Shown here piece by piece: positions 23,945 through 33,147 of a stretch of DNA of 35,546 nt. Origin of the DNA: Jimgerdemannia flammicorona. Its lineage: Eukaryota. Position numbers and translations under genes: made by a program. The stretch spans positions 1 to 35,546 of the forward strand of contig RBNJ01000248.1 of the NCBI GenBank assembly GCA_003990765.1, written 5' to 3'. The stretch's first letter is position 1; the number at the start of each line of letters is the position of its first letter. The notes below the pieces were generated by a model, which saw only the letters and a program-made list of their open reading frames with translations, did no database searches and was not told the origin of the DNA.

Positions 23945-26900
23945 ATATAGATTTATGATACTTCTTAAGTCTATTCCTATGTACTATAGTAGGTAATATA
24001 GTCTCTGAGATTTTTCTAAGCCAGAAGGTAGTTCTCTTGATATCTTACATGTAGAAGGGTCCTTCCCATTTGGGCTCCAGTTTTCATGATCATGAGGCTT
24101 CTATTATATTTTGATACAGTAGGACCTTTTCTCTGATTTAGATGAGTTCTAGGATCTTGTGATTCTTTTCTACATTCTTCCTTATCAGTACTTGTGACTT
24201 GATGATGTAATCTTCAGCCTTCTTTCTGATTTGGTATAGCCTCCATATTTCTGCATTAACTTATCTCCAAGTTAGATCTTGATTTATGGCTGAGGTTTTA
24301 TCAAAATCTTCTTCTCTGAAGAGCAGTTCTCTTGAGGTAAAGTGTGTGCTCTGTGACCATATATCTCATAGAACAGAGAGGGCAGTTGAGAGATAGTTAT
24401 CCCAATTCTTGTACATATGTCTCTGAGATCTTTGCCAGGATGTTCTTGAGGGTTTTATTGGTTCTTTCTGTTTGTCTATTTCCTTAAGGGTGGTACATGG
24501 TGGTCTTGATGTACTGAATCTTGTATTTCTGATATATTATCTTATAGAATCTATTGATAAATTCTGTGCCATGGTCTGTAGTGATTTGCCTTGGTATCTT
24601 ATAGTAGCAGATGATTTCTTGGTACAGGAAGTCAGCTATAGAGAGGGCATTGGCTTCTTGTAATACTCCTACTTCTATCCATTTGGTAAAGAGATCTACA
24701 ATAACTATAATATAGTAGTTTCCTGATAGTATTACTAGTAGTAGCCCAATAATATCCATTGTGATGTGGTAGAAGGGGATAGGCTCAATTCTTAATGACT
24801 CAGATATTTGGTCTTACTGATCTTGTTTCTATTTTTGGCACTTATTATACCCTTTGACAAATTGACACAAGTCTTTTTCTATTTTGGGCCACTACATAGT
24901 TCTTCTTGCCTTGTTGTATATATTGGTTCCTCCTAGATATCCTTGTTCATATACTTCCTTCATTACTTGATACTTCTTGTGTTTGGATATTATAAGCTTT
25001 TCTCCTTTTCTGAGTGTGGTGTTATCTAGTTCAAACTGTTTCTAAGTCTGGTTGATGATGGTGATTATCTAGGGTTCAAGGTAGTTGGGCATCTTTTGCT
25101 GCCTAAGATAGCTGATTAATCTATAGTATAACTCCTTATCATATTAAATAGTCTTGATAGGGGTGTTTTAGAGTATTCTTGAGAGTGCATCAGCATTGAT
25201 ATTGGTTCTCCCTGAGTGGTGCTTAACAGTACAATCATACTCTTGCAGCCTGTAGATCCATCTGGTATATATTCCTTTTGGAGTTCAGAGTGTGGAACAG
25301 CTAGGCAAGAGCAGAATAGTCTGTTTAAATAGTAAAGTATTTTCTGACTAGATAGTAGTAGAACTTGTCTACTGCCCAAACTACTGCTAAGCATTTAAGC
25401 TTGTATGACTTGTAGTTCTGTTCTGCTCTATGGGTACCTCAGTTTAGATAGGAGATAACATATTTATATTTATCTTTCTTCTGAGCTAGGACTGCTCCAA
25501 GTCCTATAGTACTTACATCTATCTGTAGGATGAACTCTAGGTTCCAATCTGGTCTTCTGAGGATAAGTGCTTGGGTTAATCTGGTCTTGAGTCTATTGAA
25601 GATTTCTTGGCATTTCTTGGTCTATTTAAATTTGGTCTCCTTCTTCAGTAGCTCGTAGATAGGTGCTGCAATATTAGAGTATTCTTTGATGAATCTTCTG
25701 TAGTAGGAGGCCAGTCCAAGGAAGGCATGGACTTCTGTAGTTATTCTGGGTCTTGGATAGACTGCAACAGCCTCAATATTTATGGAGTCTATATGTATTC
25801 TAGTCTGGTTAATGAGATATCCTAGATAGGTAATTTTCTGAGCTGCAAACTTATATTTCTTGGGCTTGATGTAGAGGCCATGCTTCTTGAGCTTCTTGAG
25901 AGCTAGCTATATGTGGTTGATATATTCCTGTATAGTATTACTGAAGATGATCACATTATCAATATAGATAAAGAGCCATTTTCTAATCTCATTACTGAAG
26001 ACTCTGTTCATCATTCACTGAAAACTTGCTGGGGTATTGTACATTCCAAATAGCATTCACAGGTAGATATAGGTGGCATTAGGTGTGATAAAGGCTAATT
26101 TCTCACTGGTATCTTGAGTGAGACCAATCTGATAGAAGCCTGAGAATAGATCCAAGGTGGTGTAGTATTTGGCTTTACTTCCAAGAGTAGTAAGAATTTC
26201 TTGAATATTTGGCAAGGGCTATCTATCCTTCTTGGTAATTGTATTGAGCTTCCTATAGTCAATGCAGAGTCTTGGTACAAACTCTCCAGGTTTACTTTCT
26301 TTCTTTGGAGTAAGAACAATAGGTGAAGCCCAGAGAATGATAGCTTGCTTGATGATTCTGACTTCTTCCATTTCCTTGAGTTCTGCTCACAGCCATTCTC
26401 TGTAGGCAGGTGGTATAGGTCTGGCTTTCTGGTAGATGGGCTTGGTATTACTAGTGTCAACTTTATGATAGTACTTAGGTTCTTGATTGTGGATTTCCCA
26501 AAATCTGTGGCAAGTACTTCTTCATTCTGATGCAGGATCTTGAGAAGTTGTTCTTTTAGGGGAAAGTTTTCTCCAATGATATATATGTACTTATTCTGAT
26601 CCTTGTCTTTCTTGTACTCAAGTTTAGTAATCTTGGTGGCAGCATAGGCTCCTCTTCCAGTATATCCAAAGCCTTATTCTCCTCTCTTAGTCTTGATGAG
26701 TTTGATGGCTTCAGTGATCTTGGGCTTCTTGATTTTATAGATTAGCATCTGGTCAATTCTGTCATGCTTCTTGACTTTGAATGGGGTGGTGGGTTGTGAT
26801 TTCTGACTATGAGGAAGATCTTGCCAGTGTAATTAGGGTCAATTACTCCTCCTTCAACTGAGATTTTGCTTTTGGTCAGACTGCTCCTGATCTTGATAAT

Positions 26901-29162
26901 TCCAGTATAGTTCTCTAGCAGCTTGACTCCAATTCCAGTACCAAGTAGAGTAGTAGTCTATGGTTCAAGAGTAGCATCTTGAATGCTGGCAAGGTTTATT
27001 TCTATAGCTTCTTCAGTCTTGTATTCTGGGATCTTGGCTTCAGGGTGAAACTTCTTAACCTTGAGGGTAATATCTAGTTCTTGTTTCTCCTCATCATCAC
27101 TGTCAGCTTATAGCTCTGGGGGCTGGTCATCTTCTTTGGCTTTCCTTTTTGCTTCAGCAGCTTCTTACTTATACTTCTGTTGGTGGATTTTCCTGACTTC
27201 ACTGATATAGGACCAGCAGTCATTCAGGTATTCAGAGCAGTACATTCTAGTACCATGGGGGTATCTTTCTTGAGAGACATAGCCATCAATGATCTTATTG
27301 TACTACTGCTTATCTGTGAGCTTAGGTGTCTTGTTCTTATTCTTATTCACCAAGTACATGAAGACTTCTGTGTCCTCTTTATCTTCTTCCTCTATATCTG
27401 GTAGAACTCCTTTGTGGATATTGATAGAGACTTGTACCTTTCTTCCTCTATAGTTGATCTGTATCTTCTGGGCATTGAGATCAATGATGGCCTTGGTCTT
27501 GTGAAGCCATTGGTTGCCAATGAGGATATCATAGTTGGTGGTGCTTATAATAATTACATCTACTGAGATGATAGCTCCTCCTATCTTAATAGAGACTTCT
27601 CAGATTTTGCTAAGGAGGATAGCTTATATATCATCTACTGTGACATAGATCATCTTGATAGACTTTTCAATATCCCAGCCTAGGCAGTCAATTGCCTTCT
27701 TGCTTATGAGGCATTCTCTAGCACTGGTATCAATGATGGCATCAAAGATACAATCTTTGATCTGATATAGAGTATAGGCTGATGTCTTGTACTGGTCTTC
27801 AGATTCTTTACCTGAGTCTTCTTGATCATCTTCTTATACATTGTGAGCTTCTACAATCTTGTACTCTTAATTCTTGGTATTAGTTGCAAGTTCTACTCTT
27901 AACTGCTATCTGAAGGCAGAAACTTCAGCTAGCTGTCCAAAAGTAACATTGATCTTCTGTTTCTTGAGATTCTTGTAGATATTATATTAGTGGATCTTGG
28001 TCTTATATAGCTTCTGTTTCTTCTTGCTTTCACTTTCTCCTGAGACTGAAGTAGTGTCTTCAATAATTTTACAGATAGCTTTCTCTAACTCTATGTCTTG
28101 ATCAATCTCCTCAGATTGGGTCTTGCTTTGAATAGTGATAGTTGGGGTCTTCTTTGGTCTTCCAACTGGCTTACTGTTGCTCTTCTTATCATAGGGCTTG
28201 GACTAGGTTCTGGTACCTTCAGTAGTAGGGTAGAATTTAAGCTTCTCATAGTATTCTTTATTATCAGTATTACCAATCTCCTTGATGACTACTGTATTGG
28301 TTTGTTCTCTGGTTCTACTAGTATTGCTTAGTTGGGCTTTGCATCTTGTTTCAGTTATGCAATTCTTTGCATAGTGGTCTTTTTCTCTATATCTGAAGTA
28401 TATGATATTATATTCTTCTATAACAGCTACAAATCTCTATACTGGTCTCTTGTTGGTGCTTCAGACTTCTCTAATAACATCACTAAGGTGTGCAGTCATC
28501 TCAGCAAACTACTTGGCAAGTTCCTCTACTGGGTCAACTTTAGTTGCCTTGGGGATAGGTGGAAATGGTTGTCTGTTTATAACTGTGGTGGGTATGATAC
28601 TAGTTGACTTTGATAACTCTATCTTGATGCTAGTTATTTTCTCTATTGAGTGTTTGGTGGGGTGTCTGGTAGTCTAATATCTCTATGCAAAGACCACTTT
28701 CTGATCAAGAGTCAGTGCAGCTGGGGTAGACCAGATTGCTAGGACAATTTCAGGGTGAACTCCTTTGAGAAAGGTTGAATCTGCTATTTGTTCCTTGAGG
28801 TGGTCATTACAGCCAGCCAAGACAATCTGGTGATAGATTCAAGTATAGAATGAGTTGGGATCTTCACTGAGTCTCTGGCAGATAGTATTGAGTTATTACT
28901 TGAGAGCTTGCTTGATCTCTTCAGTATAGTATGTTGTTCTGAGAAAGACCTTCATGTTGGCAAGTTTGGCTGTATCAGCATTAGCAATGATGGCTATATT
29001 GAACTTGTCTCTGATAAGTCCTCTGAGGCTGACTGGTAGAAGGGCCAATTGTGCATCTATATTAAGAGCTTATATAGCAGCAAATTGTTCAAAGTCTTCA
29101 ATGAAGATCAGGATTGACTCTTCAGTAGTATATCTATAGAATATGGGGGGATATATTTCCAT
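23945..29162 (-). pseudogene. gag-pol of the Gypsy element (many stops and some frameshifts)
   Basis: Gag starts MEIYPPIF (ATG 29162). Knuckle (C)FR(C).EK.HYAKNC ~28350-28400. Protease AIIDTSA (27720-27740). RT FIYIDN (=YIDD, 25955-25966). RNase H FILQ.D.S..GLGAVLAQ (~25485-25535). Integrase VDLFTKWIE, TDHG.EF, YHP, WEGPF (~24055-24070). Confidence 0.9.
26650..27068 (-). pseudogene. dut: Trimeric dUTPase domain between protease and RT
   Basis: All five motifs readable on the minus strand: LKVKKFHPEAKIPEYKTEEAIEINLAS (I, AGxDL eroded by transitions), YTGIIKIRSSL (II), EGGVIDPNYTGKI (III), KKHDRIDQMLI (IV), TKRGE*GFGYTG (V). Confidence 0.9.
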
Positions 29163-29212
29163 CTTATCTTGAATTCTTACAGAGGTGACTCTTGTAGTCA
29201 GGGTAGTTATTG

Positions 29213-29282
29213 TGGTAGTTGTTCATTTTTTAGCTTAAAAGTGAGGAATTCATCTTGAATCACCAGCTAATGGGTACCAAGT
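29213..29282 (-). promoter_or_regulatory. Primer-binding site and conserved leader of the Gypsy element
   Basis: ACT then TGGTACCCATTAGC (TGG at 29279) directly after the LTR-terminal CA. A near-identical 69-nt block lies at 32491-32559. Confidence 0.85.
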
Positions 29283-30864
29283 TGTCACATAGTTGTCACT
29301 GAGTCCTTCAAATATATCAGATTCTCTTTAAGGTATGTATATCTCTTAGACTAACTTAAGTTTGTTATAATCAAGTTCTTATTAGAGTGTCTTCCCAAGA
29401 TCTTATAATCCTCAAACTTCTTATCTTTAAACTGTTTTATTATCTCTTAGATTACTTACAAGAAAGTATATATAAGTGAACTTAACTGACTTTATTTCAG
29501 AGGAAATAAGAAGGGTATTTATATAAAATATAATTCAATGGTTACTAAGATATAAAGCTAAATATAAATTCCAATAACCAAATAAAATGCTAGAATACAG
29601 AAAACTACCAAGTTTCAGGGTTGATACAGATAGTTGTATAGATTCAAGATGCTGGTATAATTTTGGTAATATAGGAAAATAGTGCTGGAATAATTCTGAG
29701 TTACAAGGTCAGAATGCCAGTAGAGGAATAGCTGTTACACAGAAAAAGGATGCTGGTATAATTCAGTATAACTAAGAGACTTAGAGTAGAATGTTTAGGA
29801 CCATAGAGGCTTCATCCTCATCATCACTGTCCTCAAAGGAGATGAGGTCTGCAAACATTTCAGTCTTATCATATAGGTCATGTATTTTGTATACTTCACA
29901 TATATTGTGCAGAATAATATCATTGCTGATGATGTCATCATATTTAGTGGCAGTGAGAATAAGGAGGTCTGGGGCTCTCTAGTCTATGAGGTTCTCTTCT
30001 ACAAAATAGAGAACAAATGTGGGGTCTTGGAGAGGTCTAACCTGGATACTTGGGCCTTGGAATACTGAGATCAATCCTTGCAGAAATTGATCTGGGTTGT
30101 TCTGGAGGATGGGATACCAGAAGTCTTCTACTTCATTACTATTGAGGGTAATAGTGAACTGGGCTTCTGTAGCCACCCTGACTTCTAGTGCATTGATATA
30201 GTGGACTGACAGATCTCTGAAATCTGAGACTCTAACATACTCCAAGTTGGGGATTGACCATGGTGCATACCTGAAGATCTGATGAATCTTCTTAGCTATC
30301 CTTATTTCATATATATCTATAGGAATGGCATCTTGTAACTCTTGGGGGCTGGCCTGTGGGAACTCCTAGTAGAGAAGATTTCCTATTTCATACTCCTACT
30401 ATATTTGGAGACATTCAGTAGTAATGGTGATCCTTATTTCCATCTTATAGTGGTAGAGGATAAAGTGATAAGGATCTGCAGTACTCAGGTTAAGGCTAGG
30501 AGTTCTTCTTGTATAGGTCCTTATAGCTCTTCTGATGTCTTGGAACATCCTTTCTTTGACTGAGGTGTCTTGGTAATTCCTTGACCTTGAGGTTTGGTGA
30601 GCAGTAGATATTTCATTTGTGATAAGTCTTTGAGCTATTTTGGGATTAGTGGGTCTTATTGAGTTGCTGCTACTACAGTTCCTTGATCCTTCTTTTATAT
30701 TTCTCAAGATACCTGAACTATGGTCACAATAACTCATAGTTGGTTATCATTACTCATCTTATAGCCTAAGTCATGCTGTATGATCTTCTTGTATTCTGAT
30801 CTGGTAGCTTGCAAGGAAAGGCTGTCTCTTGTACTGATATCATCATTCTGAGATCACTGTTATA
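29283..30864 (-). repeat. 5' LTR (1582 bp)
   Basis: Minus strand T(A/G)TAACAG...ATGTGACA, followed by the PBS. Direct repeat of 21746-23578. Confidence 0.92.
29781..30737 (-). pseudogene. LTR-encoded ORF of unknown function (~318 codons), 5' LTR copy
   Basis: Track ORFs 30399-30737 and 29979-30245 are in one frame that continues to TAA at 29783-29781. It has only four internal TAGs, three of which are CAG/CAG/TGG in the other LTR. Confidence 0.7.
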
Positions 30865-30935
30865 ATAGCTAAAGTTGAGATATATAGAATACTAAGTGAA
30901 TTCTTCTTAGTATTACTAAAAGGTCTAACTTATAT

Positions 30936-31207
30936 CTCTTTGATTATAGATAAGATTGTCTTTTAAAATCATTTAGCAGACAAATTAAGATTTGAAAAAA
31001 ATGATTTTTTGAAACATTGTTTTTCTGTTAAAAATATATCTCAATTTGTTTAAAAACAAATTTTTTTTTTTTTATAAAATTTTTACCAAAGATAAAATTA
31101 TTATATAAAAATTATTAGTAAATTTTTTTTTAAAAGCTATTATGATTTTAAAAGTTATAAACTTTTAAAATATTGCCTTTAAATATAGATGCAAAACAGT
31201 CAAAGAG
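30936..31207. mobile_element. Second copy of the ~273-bp AT-target MITE
   Basis: Aligns end to end with 22340-22613 and is flanked by AT on both sides. Confidence 0.88.
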
Positions 31208-32552
31208 ATACAATAGATCCATATTTTTCAAAAATCTTAAATAGTCTAATATAGTAGAGTCTAAGCTTTTTTTTAAGTTTATATTATCTAGAGTTAAATA
31301 TTAGGTACTAAGTAATACTTGTTCTCCTTTTTCATAAGTAACTTCTCTTTTATTTTTATCAATATATACTACTTATATTCTTTGTACCTCCATAAGAGTA
31401 TTTCATACTTACTAAATGTTATTTTATATAATATCAGTAATTTCTTATATAGCTGATACTATGGTTTGAGTGGCAACTATAGAAGTTTGTAGATATTGTC
31501 CATAGTTCAGATAAAATAATATCATTTTGATACTTATACTTAAGCTATTATTATATATAAATTTGGCTAAAATCAGTTTATTATCTCACTTATTTTATTT
31601 ATAGTTACAATAGATACTAAGTATCTACTTTAGAGTTTGATTGATTCTTTCTGTCTAACTATCTATTTGTTGATAATATACTGTAAATATTTTTAGTTAT
31701 ACTCCTAGACTCTTGAAGAGTACTTATCAAAAGTTATTTATAAATTTTGTATCTTAGTCTAAGATAATTGCTAATAGTAGTCTATAAAGATAGAATATAT
31801 TATTAATAAATAACTATATTATTTCTAGTACTATTACAGTAGTAGTTATTGTAATAAAGTAAGTTTACTTACTAAGGTAATTAATAAAAACAATAATTAT
31901 ACCTCTTTCTTTCTTAGTTTTTGACAACTAGATAATAAAATCCATTCTGATATAGTTTGAATTTTAGATAGGAATTAATGGTAGCTATAGTATGTATACC
32001 AGCTAGTGCCTGGTTGCTAAACTTATATCTTTGGTAGATATAGTAGAATATAATATAATTCTTGATATTAAATATCATTTTTGATCAGTAAAAGTTTTGG
32101 ATGATATATTGGTATATCTTGTTAAATCTTATATATTGTGATGTATGGTATGAAATAGAAACAGGAAATAGACATTTGATCATAGTATCTGAATCCAATT
32201 TCCGATTTAGTATAGTCTTTTACTGCGGACACTGCATCTAAAACATTATCAGTGAAACTCTTGTTACTTTCACAAATTTCAGATAGGATTTCACATGAGA
32301 TTCTACCTGAGAATTTCATATGAAAAGACTTAATACTTAGCCACATATTTAGTAGCAGAATTAGCGCACAAATCTGTATAAATAACTCAGTATTTTAGAG
32401 TGAATAAACCTCAGTCAGAATGAGTCAGATCAAACCAGTCCAATTCCAAAATCCATCCAACTTACTAAATTCTGTGTCCACTACATTACAACTTGGTGCC
32501 CATTGGCTAGTGATTCAAGATGAATCCTCACTTTTAAGCTGAAAAACGAACA

Positions 32553-32661
32553 ACCACCAGACCGCCAGACCGCCAGACCACCAGACCGCCAGACCGCCAG
32601 ACCGCCAGACCGCCAGACCGCCAGACTGCCAGACCGCCAGACTGCCAGACCACCAGACTGC
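32553..32661 (+). repeat. 8-bp tandem repeat (CCGCCAGA)n, ~13 copies
   Basis: Directly visible. Variants CCACCAGA and CTGCCAGA are CpG transitions. Confidence 0.92.
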
Positions 32662-32681
32662 CATATAGACCACCATATTGC

Positions 32682-33147
32682 ACATGGTGTTTGTCTGCAC
32701 CATCTGCTGTTAATTACTTGTTCTGGTTGTCAGCCTCATTTCTGTGAACTGTCGTCAATATTGAACAATAGATGCTCTGCAAAGGACCGCATCATTGAGT
32801 TAATAGCCGGGTCGCTCCTTAGTTCGAGGGACAATATTACAAGAATTAATCGCCGAAAAATGCCGAACAAACCATCATGCCGAATAGACCGCTGTACGGA
32901 CCACAAAGAAAACTGCTGTACGAACTATTGCTACCCGAATTTTGAAGACATTGTTTGTCTGCGCTATCTGCTGTTAATTGGTTATTCCGGTTGTCAGCCT
33001 CGTTTCTGTGAACTATCGTCGGTATTGAACAATAGACGCTCTGCAAAGGACCGCATCGTTAAGTTAATAGCCGGGTCGCTCCTTAGTTCGAGAGACAACG
33101 TTACAAGAATTAATCGCTGAAAAATGCCGAACGAACCACCATGCGAA
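32682..33147 (+). repeat. ~200-bp internal direct duplication (32682-32884 vs 32948-33147)
   Basis: Both copies share TGTTTGTCTGC...CTCTGCAAAGGACCGCATC...GCCGGGTCGCTCCTTAGTTCGAG...AAAAATGCCGAAC. Confidence 0.88.

Larger units (their letters stand above)
21746..30864 (-). mobile_element. Near-full-length degenerate Ty3/Gypsy LTR retrotransposon encoding dUTPase, with long ORF-bearing LTRs
   Basis: Two ~1.58-kb direct repeats, a PBS just inside the right LTR, a PPT just inside the left LTR, and gag, CCHC knuckle, protease, dUTPase, RT, RNase H and integrase motifs in order between them. Confidence 0.93.

Noticed and set aside
32137..32490. Retrozyme (hammerhead ribozyme in the LTR), suggested by the LTR size, 4-bp TSD and non-coding interior
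   Set aside because: No intact CUGANGA core found on either strand. The nearest arrangement (GTC..CTGCGGA-CACTG..CAGT-GAAAC, ~32216-32259) breaks the core and lacks stem I. An Infernal search would settle it.
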